Assembly: GCA_052326445.1 (NCBI GenBank)
Contig: JBKQNC010000017.1
Coordinates: 129,227 to 193,226, forward strand
DNA: 64,000 nucleotides
DNA from: Thermoplasmata archaeon
GTDB taxonomy: Archaea > Thermoplasmatota > Thermoplasmata > Lutacidiplasmatales > UBA184
Direction of reading: 5' to 3'
Shown here: piece by piece, positions 44,515 through 53,909 of the stretch
How positions within the stretch are numbered: the stretch's first letter is position 1
Layout: every line of letters starts with the position of its first letter
The notes under the pieces: generated by a model
Database searches by the model: none
What the model saw: the letters and a program-made list of their open reading frames with translations, nothing else
Told to the model about the DNA's origin: nothing
Translations under genes and position numbers: made by a program

Positions 44515-45129
44515 ATGGTCGACCCGCTCGAGGTGGCCGACGTCCCGACTCCGATCGGGACCTTCCGCATCGTCTACCAGGGACCGCATGTCCGGGTCGT
44601 GGACCTCTTAGAGAACGGCGTCCACCAGACCGGGGTCCCCCCGGGGGCGGTCCGCAAGAAACCCCCCTTCGCGGCGGGGAGCCCGCCGCGGCAGCTGAGC
44701 GAGTACTTCCGAGGCGACCGGAAAGAGTTCCAGCTCGAGGTCGACCCGGACAGCTCCTCCGCTTTCGACCGTGCGGTGTGGGCCCAACTCCGGAAGGTCA
44801 CGGCGGGCCAAACGACCACCTACGGGGAACTCGCGAAAAGGTCCGGGTACGCCGGCTCCGCGCGCGCCGTGGGGGGCGCCATGGCCCGCAACCCCATTCC
44901 GATCATCATCCCGTGCCATCGCGTGATCGGCACCGGGGGCGAGATCACCGGGTTCGGGCTCGGGCTGTGGCGGAAGCGCTGGCTCCTCGACCACGAAGGC
45001 GCTTGGCCGATCCGGTCATGGTCGGCGGAGGGACCCCGGGGACGCGCCCAGCGAACGTTGGACCAGGCATGGAAAGACTCCAATCCACCGTCCCCTTCTT
45101 CCAAAGCTACTACAGCCGATAGTAGCTGA
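44515..45129 (+). CDS. ogt: methylated-DNA--protein-cysteine methyltransferase
   Basis: Active-site motif IPCHRVI and the helix-turn-helix of the AGT C-terminal domain. Confidence 0.85.
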   Translation: MVDPLEVADVPTPIGTFRIVYQGPHVRVVDLLENGVHQTGVPPGAVRKKPPFAAGSPPRQLSEYFRGDRKEFQLEVDPDSSSAFDRAVWAQLRKVTAGQTTTYGELAKRSGYAGSARAVGGAMARNPIPIIIPCHRVIGTGGEITGFGLGLWRKRWLLDHEGAWPIRSWSAEGPRGRAQRTLDQAWKDSNPPSPSSKATTADSS

Positions 45130-45193
45130 CATCACCATACCTACGCACGGCGTAGTAGGTAGAGGATCCGAACCAACTACAGGCTGTAGTTGG
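45105..45193. terminator. cluster of three hairpins in the convergent ogt/fusA intergenic region (putative bidirectional terminator)
   Basis: Hairpin 1: AGCTACTA-N7-TAGTAGCT (45105-45127), spanning the ogt stop. Hairpin 2: CTACGC-acg-GCGTAG (45141-45155). Hairpin 3: CCAACTACAG-g-CTGTAGTTGG (45173-45193). The region is AT-richer than its flanks. Confidence 0.4.
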
Positions 45194-45234
45194 TCCAGAT
45201 TCCGGCGGCCCGAGGTCCGGGCGTGGGCAAGCCC

Positions 45235-47436
45235 CTAGCCGGAGTAGTAGGCCGCGTCGTACGGCTCGGGCTTCAAGCCTCGCCGCTGGCGGATCTCGGA
45301 GACGACCTTCTGCTGGAGTTCCTTCGGGACCGGCTCGAATCCGAGCGACTCGGTCGACCAGAGGACCTTGCCCGCGGTCGCGCTGCGGATGTCGGAGGCA
45401 AAACCGAACATCTCGGCGACCGGGACCTTGGCGACGATCGTCTGTAGGTCCCCGACGCTCGTCATGTCGAGGATCTCGCCCCGCCGCCGCTGGAGCTCCC
45501 GGGTCGCGTTGGCGAGCACCTCCTGCGGCACGTTGACGGTGGCCTTCTGGAACGGCTCGAGCAGCATCCGGTCCCCGAGGACCATGGCACCGTAGATGCC
45601 GCTGCGCGCGGCGGGGATCGTCTGGGCCGGGCCGCGGTGGATCGAATCTTCGTGGAGCTTCGCGTCGACCAGGCGGACCTTCAGGCCGTAGACCTTCTCG
45701 TTCGCGAGCGGGCCCCGGTTCACGGCCTCCTTGAAGGCGTCGACCACGAGGTCCATCGTCTCGTTGAGGTTCTGGATGCCCTTCGTCACGTCGAAGAGGA
45801 TGTTCGTGCCGTCGACTGCGACGATCCCGCGTCCTTCGTCGCGCAAGATGCCCATGGCCTCCATCTTGGTGACGAGCGTCTTCGTGTCCTTGAACGACTT
45901 CCCCTGGGGGATCTCGCCGTCCTTGATCGCCTGGACGACCGCCGGGGGGAGGGCCTCGACCTCGAAGTAGAACTTGTTGTGCTTGTTGGGGCTCTTCCCC
46001 TCGAACGGGCCGCCGGGGTGCTGCACGAGCTCCCGGTAGACGACGATCGGCTTCGAAGCCTCGATCTCGACCTTGTAGTCGTTGACGATCCGGTACTGGG
46101 TGATCTCGAGGTGGAGCTCGCCCATCCCGCTGAGCAGGTGCTCGCCGGTCTCTTGGTTGATCTCGACCCGGAGGCTCGCGTCCTCCTTGCCGACCTTCCG
46201 CATGACCTCGATGAGCTTCGGCAGGTCCGCCATCCGCTTCGGCTCGATGGCGACCGTGACGACCGGCTCGGAAACGTGCCGGATCTCCTCGAAGGGGGCC
46301 ATGGTGGGGTCCGTGGACATCGTCGTCCCCGCGAACGCGTCCGAGAGGCCGATGACGGCGGCGATGTTGCCGGCCGTGACCTCCTCGACCATCAGGCGCT
46401 CGGGGCCCATGAAGAGCGAAACGTGCTGGATGCGGTTGCGAATCTTGGTCCCGACGATCGCGAGCTCCATCCCCTTCTGCAACTTGCCCGAGAAGACCCG
46501 CCCGGTGGCGATCTCGCCCGCGCTCGGGTCCATCGTGATGTCGGTGACCATGAACGAGGTGGGCCCGTCGGTGGCCGTGGCGACCATCGCCATGCCGACC
46601 GCGGACGTGGTGTCGCCCTTCCAGATGTTGGGGATGCGGTACTTCTGGGCGACGTGCGGGTTCGGGAGGTGGCGGATGACCATGTCGAAGATGACGTCGT
46701 TGATCTTCGCCTTCTGGGCGATCTCCTTGGTCCGGCCGGTTGTCACGTACTCGATGATGTCGGGGAACTTGACGCCCGTCTTTTGCATGTAGGGGACGCT
46801 GATCGCCCAGTTGTCGTAGCCCGAGCCGAAGGCGACGGACCCGTCTCGCGGGTCGACACTCCACTCGTCCACGAATTCTTCCGGCGCCATCTTGCGGATC
46901 AGCTCGTTGACCTCGCTGATGATGGCGGTGAAGCGCTTCTGGAGCGCGTCGGACGTGAGCTGGAGTTCCTTGATCGCGCGGTCGACCTTGTTGATGAAGA
47001 GGATCGGTTTGACCTTCTCGCGGAGCGCCTGACGCAAGACCGTCTCGGTCTGCGCCATCACGCCTTCGACCGCGCACACCACCACGACCGCGCCGTCGAC
47101 CGCCCGCATGGCCCGCGTGACATCCCCGCCGAAGTCGACGTGGCCGGGCGTGTCGATGAGGTTGATCAGGTAGTTCTGGCCGTTGAACTCGTGGACGATC
47201 GTGACGTCGGCGTTGTTGATGGTGAGGAGGCGCGCCTGCTCCTGCTCGTCGAAGTTGAGGTAGAGCTGCTTGCCCGCGAGCTCGCTCGAGATCATCCCGG
47301 CCGCGGCGAGGAGGTTGTCCGAGAGGGTCGTCTTGCCGTGGTGGATGTGGGCGATGATCCCGATGTTGCGGATCTGGTCGACGTTCCGCATCATGTCGGG
47401 AATGGCCTTCGCCAGTTCCGCCCGAATGTGCGTCAT
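45235..47436 (-). CDS. fusA: translation elongation factor 2 (aEF-2)
   Basis: GTPase motifs (AHIHHGKTT, DTPGH, NKVD) and the diphthamide-loop His (IHRGPAQ). 733 aa. Confidence 0.95.
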   Translation of the reverse strand: MTHIRAELAKAIPDMMRNVDQIRNIGIIAHIHHGKTTLSDNLLAAAGMISSELAGKQLYLNFDEQEQARLLTINNADVTIVHEFNGQNYLINLIDTPGHVDFGGDVTRAMRAVDGAVVVVCAVEGVMAQTETVLRQALREKVKPILFINKVDRAIKELQLTSDALQKRFTAIISEVNELIRKMAPEEFVDEWSVDPRDGSVAFGSGYDNWAISVPYMQKTGVKFPDIIEYVTTGRTKEIAQKAKINDVIFDMVIRHLPNPHVAQKYRIPNIWKGDTTSAVGMAMVATATDGPTSFMVTDITMDPSAGEIATGRVFSGKLQKGMELAIVGTKIRNRIQHVSLFMGPERLMVEEVTAGNIAAVIGLSDAFAGTTMSTDPTMAPFEEIRHVSEPVVTVAIEPKRMADLPKLIEVMRKVGKEDASLRVEINQETGEHLLSGMGELHLEITQYRIVNDYKVEIEASKPIVVYRELVQHPGGPFEGKSPNKHNKFYFEVEALPPAVVQAIKDGEIPQGKSFKDTKTLVTKMEAMGILRDEGRGIVAVDGTNILFDVTKGIQNLNETMDLVVDAFKEAVNRGPLANEKVYGLKVRLVDAKLHEDSIHRGPAQTIPAARSGIYGAMVLGDRMLLEPFQKATVNVPQEVLANATRELQRRRGEILDMTSVGDLQTIVAKVPVAEMFGFASDIRSATAGKVLWSTESLGFEPVPKELQQKVVSEIRQRRGLKPEPYDAAYYSG

Positions 47437-47460
47437 GTTGGAGACCTCCGTGCCGAGACC

Positions 47461-48123
47461 CTAACGCGCCGACTGCGCGACGCGCTCGACCTCTTCCTTG
47501 CGCCCGACGGCGAACGACGACTGGTCGCCCTTGGCGGCGAGGCGAATCTCGTCGGCGAGACAGGTGTGGATCGGCTTGATGGATTTGTGGGATGCCTGGA
47601 TGGCGCCGAGCGCCAGGTTCCGGATCGCCACGTTGAGTCGACGCGCCGGCGAGGCATCGACCGCACGAGGAACCGAGATCCCTCCGAACTGGAGACGAGT
47701 GACCTCTTCCCGGGGGGCGGCGTTCTCGACCGCATCCACGAGCAACTGGAGGGGGTTCTTGCCCTCCTTCTGGGCGACCTCGTCGAACGCCTTCCGTACG
47801 GTCGCGAGGGCTTTCGACTTCTTGCCCGTGAACTTGCCGCCCTTCATCAGGCTGTTCGCGAGTCGCTCCACGAGATGCATGCGCGCCTTCAGGAACGGCC
47901 GGCCGGCGAGCTTCCCCTCCGTGTGGGGCGCGTAGATCGGGTGGATGTAGATGTACGGCAGGAGGCCGGGGTCGTGGACCTCGACGCCCTCGAACGGGTA
48001 CTTCCCGAACAGCGGGGGGAGCGGGAAGGGAGGGGGCGGGTGGGCCACGGTGCGTACGACGGTGGGACCGGCGTCCTCGCCGGGGATTTCGGCCGAATAG
48101 GCCGGTTCGCGCGGGCCGCTCAT
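47461..48123 (-). CDS. rps7: 30S ribosomal protein S7 (uS7)
   Basis: [12 protein letters not shown]...PHTEGK archaeal S7 signature. Middle gene of the str operon. Confidence 0.9.
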   Translation of the reverse strand: MSGPREPAYSAEIPGEDAGPTVVRTVAHPPPPFPLPPLFGKYPFEGVEVHDPGLLPYIYIHPIYAPHTEGKLAGRPFLKARMHLVERLANSLMKGGKFTGKKSKALATVRKAFDEVAQKEGKNPLQLLVDAVENAAPREEVTRLQFGGISVPRAVDASPARRLNVAIRNLALGAIQASHKSIKPIHTCLADEIRLAAKGDQSSFAVGRKEEVERVAQSAR

Positions 48124-48554
48124 CGGGCCGGCTTCTCCTTGCGTCCTCGGACGAGCTCGTCGAGAGAGGTGCCGTTCACCTGGATCACTTTGTACCGGAC
48201 GCCGGGGATGTCTCCGTAGGATCGTCCCATACGCCCTCCGATGCCCTCGACCAGCACCTCGTCGTGCTCGTCAATAAAGTTGATGGCCCCGTCCCCGACC
48301 GCGAACGCGGTGACCTGACGGCCGTTCTTGATGAGTTGGACCTTCACGCACTTGCGGATGGCCGAGTTGGGCTGTTTGGCCTCGACCCCGACCTTTTCGA
48401 TGACGATCCCGCGGGCCTGGGGGGCTCCCTCGAGGGGGTCGGAGCGCTCCTTCAGGTGCAAAGTTCGTCGCTTATAGTACCGGTCCGACCAGCGTCGCCG
48501 CTGACGGAGGGTCTCGAGACGACCCGCAGTGTTGAGACCAGACGGCGGAGGCAT
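48120..48554 (-). CDS. rps12: 30S ribosomal protein S12 (uS12)
   Basis: [17 protein letters not shown] motif. 4-nt overlap with rps7. Confidence 0.9.
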   Translation of the reverse strand: MPPPSGLNTAGRLETLRQRRRWSDRYYKRRTLHLKERSDPLEGAPQARGIVIEKVGVEAKQPNSAIRKCVKVQLIKNGRQVTAFAVGDGAINFIDEHDEVLVEGIGGRMGRSYGDIPGVRYKVIQVNGTSLDELVRGRKEKPAR

Positions 48555-48587
48555 TTTCGGCGGAGGGGCCGAGCCACAGGGCCCCGC

Positions 48588-48594
48588 TATTTAA
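48588..48594 (-). promoter_or_regulatory. TATA box (TTAAATA on the minus strand) 34-40 nt upstream of the rps12 start; str-operon promoter
   Basis: ccttaaatagcgg on the minus strand. May also serve the divergent UDG gene. Confidence 0.4.
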
Positions 48595-48595
48595 G

Positions 48596-49312
48596 GTGCG
48601 TCCCGTGGGACTCTCGAGCATGCCCTCCAAGGTCGACCGGGAGAGGATTGGCCCCGCGCCCGCAGGGTTTCCGGACGACCCGCACCACCGCTCCCCCACC
48701 GCCGGAGCCTGGGACGAGTTGCAGCGAGAGATCGAGTCCTGCACGCGGTGTCCGCTCCACACAACCCGTACCCATGTGGTCGTGTACCGGGGCAGTCGCG
48801 CGCCGCGGGTCGTGTTCATCGGGGAAGCGCCCGGCGCGGAGGAGGATCGTCTCGGCGTTCCGTTCGTCGGGCGCTCGGGCCGCTGCCTGGACGCGGCGCT
48901 CGCCCAGATCGGCCTCTCGGCCGAGGAGTTCGGGATCCTGAACCTGATCAAGTGCCGCCCTCCTCAGAACCGGTTCAACGTCGTGGCCGCCCGAACGTGC
49001 CGCCCGTACCTGGACCGGCAGCTCGCCCTGCTCAAGCCGGCAGCCCTCGTCACCCTGGGAGCGCGCGCGCTCGCCTCGGTCGACCCGACCGCCCCCCGCA
49101 TCCTCCTCTGCGCGGGCACCCCGCGGCACGGGCTCGGTCGGGCGTTGTTCCCCTTGATTCACCCCGCGGCCGCGCTTCGGTCCACCCGGCTCGCCCACCG
49201 ATGGGACCGGGATGTCCAGCGTCTCGAGGCATGGCTTTCGACGCTCCGTAGCCGAGTGGCGCGGGAACCGCTTTACGCGAATGCGGGGTCGCGGGGCCGT
49301 GCGGTCCGTTGA
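48596..49312 (+). CDS. udg: family-4 uracil-DNA glycosylase (4Fe-4S)
   Basis: CTRCPLH, GEAPGAEED and PFVGRSG motifs. The true start may be at an internal Met (48620). Confidence 0.8.
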   Translation: MRPVGLSSMPSKVDRERIGPAPAGFPDDPHHRSPTAGAWDELQREIESCTRCPLHTTRTHVVVYRGSRAPRVVFIGEAPGAEEDRLGVPFVGRSGRCLDAALAQIGLSAEEFGILNLIKCRPPQNRFNVVAARTCRPYLDRQLALLKPAALVTLGARALASVDPTAPRILLCAGTPRHGLGRALFPLIHPAAALRSTRLAHRWDRDVQRLEAWLSTLRSRVAREPLYANAGSRGRAVR

Positions 49313-51758
49313 GTTGTTTCTGCTGGAAGGCACGTACCAGACCCAGGACAGCGGGGTCGTGGTCGAGCTCTTTGGCCGGACCAAGGAAGGGCAGCCTCTC
49401 GTCGCGCGCTACTACGGCTTCCGCCCGTACTTCGTCCTGACCGAGCCGACCGACGAGACCCGCGCGAACCTGAAGAGCGACCCCGAGATCCTCGACGTGA
49501 AGGAGATCGTCACGTGGGTCGGAGGCCGGGAACGCCCAGCGATCCACGTCACGCTCCAGCACCCGTTCCTGGTACCCCAGTACCGAGACCGCTACCGGAA
49601 GGCCGGGGATGAGGCGAGCGTGCTCGCGTGCGACATCCCGTTCGTCCACCGGTTCCTCTACGACAAGGGGATCGGCCTCACGATCGCCTTCGACGCCGAG
49701 GACGAGAGCGCTGAGGTCCGGGCGCGCTACACCGTCCCCGACGTGGTCCGCATCGTCACGAGCGACCGTGACATCCGCCCCGCCGAGCCGTTCCGCCCCT
49801 CCCTCCGGGTGCTCTCCTTCGACATCGAGAACGCGATCCGGGCCCGAACGATCTTCACGATCTGCGGAGTTGCGGAAGGAGGCGGAAAGGAGCGGCGCAC
49901 GTTCCGGTTCAGCGACCCGGACGAGCGCAAGATCCTCGAACAGTTCGTCGCGGTCATCGCAGAGGACGACCCGGACGTCATCACCGGTTACAACATCGGG
50001 GGGTACGACTTCCCGCTGATGGTCGAACGCGCGAAGGCAACGGGCCTCGGTGACCTCCAGTTCGGCCGCGACCGGGCCCCTCCAAGCGAGCTCGGCGAGC
50101 GGCTCTGGAAGGTCCACGGACGGGTCGTCGCCGACGCCTGGTGGTCCGCCCGTCGGGAACTCCACCCGAAGCAGGAGACGCTTCAGTTCGTCGCCCGGAC
50201 GCTCCTCAACGACTCGAAGCTGGATGTCGACCGCCGCCGGATCGACGAGGAGTGGGCCCGGGACCCGGAGCGGGTGATGGAGTACTGCGAGCACGACGCC
50301 GACCTCGCCCTGCGCATCCTACAGCGGCTGCGCACGATGGAGAAGGCCGCGGACATGGCCACCGTCGCGCGGCTCCCCCTCGAGGAGGGGCTCAACGGAC
50401 GCACCTCCCTGTTCATCGACGCGATCCTGATCCCCCGGGCGGACCGCCAGCAGGTGGGGGTGCCGATGAACCACCGCGCGGGACGCGAGAACCCGATCGA
50501 GGGTGGCTACGTGCACGCGATCCGCCCCGGGATCTACCACTGGGTCGTGGTCCTCGACTTCAAGTCGATGTACCCGTCGATCATCATCGACCGGAACCTC
50601 TGCTTCACCACCCTCTCGCCGGAGGGCACCACGGTCGCTCCCTCCGGGGCGCGGTTCCTCGCGACGTCCGTGCGCCGGGGACTGATCCCCGAGATCCTCG
50701 CGGACCTCTTGGCCGACCGCGACCGGTTCCGAACCGCGGGCCGCACATCGACCTCCCCCGAGATGGCGGCCTACTATGACGGTCTTCAGAACGCGGTCAA
50801 GATCCTGATGAACTCCTTCTACGGGGTCCTCGCCTCGAGCTTCTACCGATTCACCAACAAGGACATCGGGGCGGCGATCACGGCGTTCGCCCGCGAGGCG
50901 ATCACGAATATCATTAAGGACCTCGAGAAGGACGGATACGAGGTCGTCTACTCTGACACCGACTCCGTCTTCGTCCGCTCCCCGACCCTCTCGCTCGAGG
51001 GAGCCCGCGAGTTCGGCGAGGGGATCGCCCGCCGCTTCACGCGCGCCGGGGTCACGTTCGAGTTCCAGTCCGTCTACGAGGCGTTCTTCTCCCACGGCGC
51101 GAAGAAACGGTACGTCGGGCAGAGCGCGTGGCCGAAGTCCGAACTGGTGGTCCGGGGATACGAGACGCGACGGACGGACGCCTTCGACTACCAATCAGAG
51201 GCCCTCATGGAGGTCTTCGGCCTTGTTCTAAAGGGGGATACCGACGGCGCGATCCGCCGCTCCCGCGAGCTCGTGCAGGCGGTCCGGGAGCAGAAGGTGC
51301 CGGTCGAGCGTCTGGTGATCGCCCGAAGCGTCCGGGCGGAAGCGGAGTACAACGAATCGACCCGGGACGCGCTCCCGTTCCTTCGGGTCTACCGGAAACT
51401 TCGGGAAGAAGGGTACGACGTCATTCCCGGGATGCGCGTCGCGTGGATCGTCACCAACTCGAGGAAGAGCCCGCAAGAGGTCGAGCCGTGGGTCGAGGGA
51501 CGACCGTTCACCGCCGTGGCGGATTGGGAGTACTACGCCGACCGGGTCGCCCAGACGCTGGCCCGGGTGACGGAAGTGTTCGATTGGGACGCCGCCTCCC
51601 TCCTGCGGGGCAGCCACCAGCAGCGACTCGGCGCGAGCGAGACCGCGAGCCCCTCCGACTCCCCCGCCGCCCCCGCGTCGCTCGACACACCCCTCGCCGA
51701 GGTCGGTCAGCGGCCGCGCCGCAAGACGACCCAGCGGAGCCTCGCGGACTCGCCCTGA
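49281..51758 (+). CDS. polB: family-B DNA polymerase
   Basis: Exonuclease motifs (FDIE, YNIGGYD), polymerase motif A DFKSMYPSI and motif C YSDTDS. 825 aa; no intein. Its start lies inside the 3' end of the udg ORF. Confidence 0.9.
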   Translation: MRGRGAVRSVELFLLEGTYQTQDSGVVVELFGRTKEGQPLVARYYGFRPYFVLTEPTDETRANLKSDPEILDVKEIVTWVGGRERPAIHVTLQHPFLVPQYRDRYRKAGDEASVLACDIPFVHRFLYDKGIGLTIAFDAEDESAEVRARYTVPDVVRIVTSDRDIRPAEPFRPSLRVLSFDIENAIRARTIFTICGVAEGGGKERRTFRFSDPDERKILEQFVAVIAEDDPDVITGYNIGGYDFPLMVERAKATGLGDLQFGRDRAPPSELGERLWKVHGRVVADAWWSARRELHPKQETLQFVARTLLNDSKLDVDRRRIDEEWARDPERVMEYCEHDADLALRILQRLRTMEKAADMATVARLPLEEGLNGRTSLFIDAILIPRADRQQVGVPMNHRAGRENPIEGGYVHAIRPGIYHWVVVLDFKSMYPSIIIDRNLCFTTLSPEGTTVAPSGARFLATSVRRGLIPEILADLLADRDRFRTAGRTSTSPEMAAYYDGLQNAVKILMNSFYGVLASSFYRFTNKDIGAAITAFAREAITNIIKDLEKDGYEVVYSDTDSVFVRSPTLSLEGAREFGEGIARRFTRAGVTFEFQSVYEAFFSHGAKKRYVGQSAWPKSELVVRGYETRRTDAFDYQSEALMEVFGLVLKGDTDGAIRRSRELVQAVREQKVPVERLVIARSVRAEAEYNESTRDALPFLRVYRKLREEGYDVIPGMRVAWIVTNSRKSPQEVEPWVEGRPFTAVADWEYYADRVAQTLARVTEVFDWDAASLLRGSHQQRLGASETASPSDSPAAPASLDTPLAEVGQRPRRKTTQRSLADSP

Positions 51759-51767
51759 GCCGCCGCG

Positions 51768-52712
51768 TCACGGTGGGTCGCCCGGCGGCGGGTTCGACGA
51801 CGTCGGCGCGGATTCTCCCCTCAGCGTGAGGATCGCACCGACCACCGCGATCGGAATCCCGAGCGCGGCGACCAGCGGCAGACCGAGATGCAGGACGAAG
51901 GCGCTCAGGAGGAGCGTGAAGACCGGGATGCCGGTCATCAACATCGGCGGAATCACGATCCCGGCCTCCTCGATCGCCCGGAAGTAGAGCCACGGGGCTA
52001 GGAAGAACGACGTGACGCCGGTCAGCGCGAGGAGACCGAGGGCCAACGGCTGAGGCGAGAGGAGCGAAGCGAACCCCCCGGGAAGGAGGGGGGAGACCGC
52101 CACGCTCAGGATCGCTCCCCCGACCATCGTTTGCGCGATGACCGCCGGGGCGGGCGTGCGTTCGTTCTCGTACGCCGAGAGCAGGAAGTAGATCGCCACC
52201 ATCACCGGCACTGCGGCGACGGCGATCCACGCATCGCCGACCACGCGACCGAGGGTTTGGCCGCCGGCGATCGTCAGTGTGCCCCCGACGAGCGAAAGCA
52301 CGAGGCCTACCCCGAACCATCTAGTGCCGATGTTCCCCCGGTGACTCGACCAGAACAGGACAACGAGGACCGGCGTCAGCACCACGTCGCCGATCAGGGA
52401 CAATAGCGAGGTGTCGACCGGCCCGGCCAGGTAGGTCGACGCGAGCACGGAAAGCTGCATCCCGATCAAGAAGGCGACCCGCAACCAGGCCGAGCCCTCG
52501 CCCCAAAGGCGGACGAACGGGCGGCCGTACCCGCGACCTGCGGCGTAGAGGAGATAGGCGATCCCGCCGAAGATAAACGGATAGACGATCGTCGCGGCGG
52601 GACTTGCTCCCGACCGTGCTCCGAGGACGAACGGGTAGTACAGCGCCCACATGAGGGCCGCCACGAGGCAGAAGACGACGGCCCGTTCCCGCACCCTCCC
52701 AATACTGGCCAC
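51768..52712 (-). CDS. DMT-superfamily (EamA-like) membrane transporter
   Basis: Ten TM helices arranged as two EamA-like repeats. Confidence 0.7.
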   Translation of the reverse strand: MASIGRVRERAVVFCLVAALMWALYYPFVLGARSGASPAATIVYPFIFGGIAYLLYAAGRGYGRPFVRLWGEGSAWLRVAFLIGMQLSVLASTYLAGPVDTSLLSLIGDVVLTPVLVVLFWSSHRGNIGTRWFGVGLVLSLVGGTLTIAGGQTLGRVVGDAWIAVAAVPVMVAIYFLLSAYENERTPAPAVIAQTMVGGAILSVAVSPLLPGGFASLLSPQPLALGLLALTGVTSFFLAPWLYFRAIEEAGIVIPPMLMTGIPVFTLLLSAFVLHLGLPLVAALGIPIAVVGAILTLRGESAPTSSNPPPGDPP

Positions 52713-52765
52713 ACCGGCGGGAGTTCTCTAAGCAGTAAGGATTTACGCCGCGGCCGGAACCGGCC

Positions 52766-53827
52766 TCAACCGTATCCTTCGTAGCGAAGACCGAGGGCGG
52801 GGAGCTCGACTCCCGCTCCCCGAGCGACGTGCCCGACCTCGACCACATCGCGCGCGCCCACCGAGGCGAGTCCCCGAAGGATCGGTGCGACCCGCGCCCG
52901 GGTGGCGACAACGATGAACCCGATCCCCATGTTGAACGTCTGGAACATCTCCTCGTCGGAGATCCCGCCGAGCACCTGGAGCCATCCGAAGAGGGACGGG
53001 GGTGCCGGCCAGTGGTCGAGCACGAACGCCACGTCCTTCCGGAGCCGAACGAGATTCCGCACCCCGCCACCCGACATGTGGGCGAGGCCGTGCACGCCGG
53101 GGTCGTCGGCGATCGCATCGATCCCCCGGGTGTAGATCCGGGTCGGGCGGAGCAGCTCGCGGCCGACCGGGCCCGGACCGCCGGGACGTGGTCGCCGGAG
53201 ATTCACCGAGCCCTTCCGAAGGAGGCGGCGCACGAGGGTGAATCCGTTCGCGTGCAGGCCGTTCGAGGGGATGCCGAGGATCACGTCCCCCGGTCGGATC
53301 TTCGACCCGGTGATGGGAGCCCGACCCGCGGGGAAGAATCCGAATGCGGTTCCTCCGAGGTCGAGCCCGTGGAGGATATCTGGCACCACGGCGGTCTCGC
53401 CTCCCAGGAGCCCGCACTCGGCTGTCCGCAGCCCGCGGCCGAGCCCCCGGCCGATCGCCCGGAAGACGGCCCGCCGGGGGCGGTCACACAGGATGACATC
53501 GACCAGTCCCCCTGTTCGGGCTCCAACCGCGGCGAGGTCGTTCACGTTGACCCCGACGATGTCCTCGCCGACCTCCTCCCACCGGCCGAGCTCCTCCGCC
53601 AAGAGGACCTTGGTGCCGACCGTATCGGTGGTGATGGCGAGGGTCTCCCGACCGATCCGGATCATCCCGGCGTAGTGGCCGGGGGCGGCGACCGGACGGC
53701 CGTGGGCAGTGGGGGGAACGTACCGGGCCGCGCGAACCAGTTCGGCCAGAGCCGCCGAGATCGCGGAGCGATCGACGCCGCTGCGGGCGTACGTCCACCC
53801 GGACTGGCGCGCCGTAAGCTCCTCCAC
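52766..53827 (-). CDS. purM: phosphoribosylformylglycinamidine cyclo-ligase (AIR synthetase)
   Basis: PurM N- and C-domain motifs (DTVGTKV, GIPSNGLHANGF). ~350 aa. Confidence 0.9.
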   Translation of the reverse strand: MEELTARQSGWTYARSGVDRSAISAALAELVRAARYVPPTAHGRPVAAPGHYAGMIRIGRETLAITTDTVGTKVLLAEELGRWEEVGEDIVGVNVNDLAAVGARTGGLVDVILCDRPRRAVFRAIGRGLGRGLRTAECGLLGGETAVVPDILHGLDLGGTAFGFFPAGRAPITGSKIRPGDVILGIPSNGLHANGFTLVRRLLRKGSVNLRRPRPGGPGPVGRELLRPTRIYTRGIDAIADDPGVHGLAHMSGGGVRNLVRLRKDVAFVLDHWPAPPSLFGWLQVLGGISDEEMFQTFNMGIGFIVVATRARVAPILRGLASVGARDVVEVGHVARGAGVELPALGLRYEGYG

Positions 53828-53909
53828 CGTAGAGGGAAGGGTCCGAGCAGAAATACGCTGCGGGCGGTCGAACGGCGTCTTCTAAAGACCGGGCCGTGTC
53901 TCCCCCTCG

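Noticed and set aside
45130-45200. Possible tRNA suggested by a GGTTCGGATCC (T-arm-like) string on the minus strand
   Set aside because: No complementary T-stem, acceptor stem or anticodon arm could be built around it. The region is better explained by the three terminator hairpins.
45110-48219. Two very long ORFs (45110..47077 minus; 45637..48219 plus) overlapping fusA and rps7
   Set aside because: Both are alternative or antisense frames of EF-2/S7, with repetitive R/G/D/P/H content. EF-2 itself is unambiguous.
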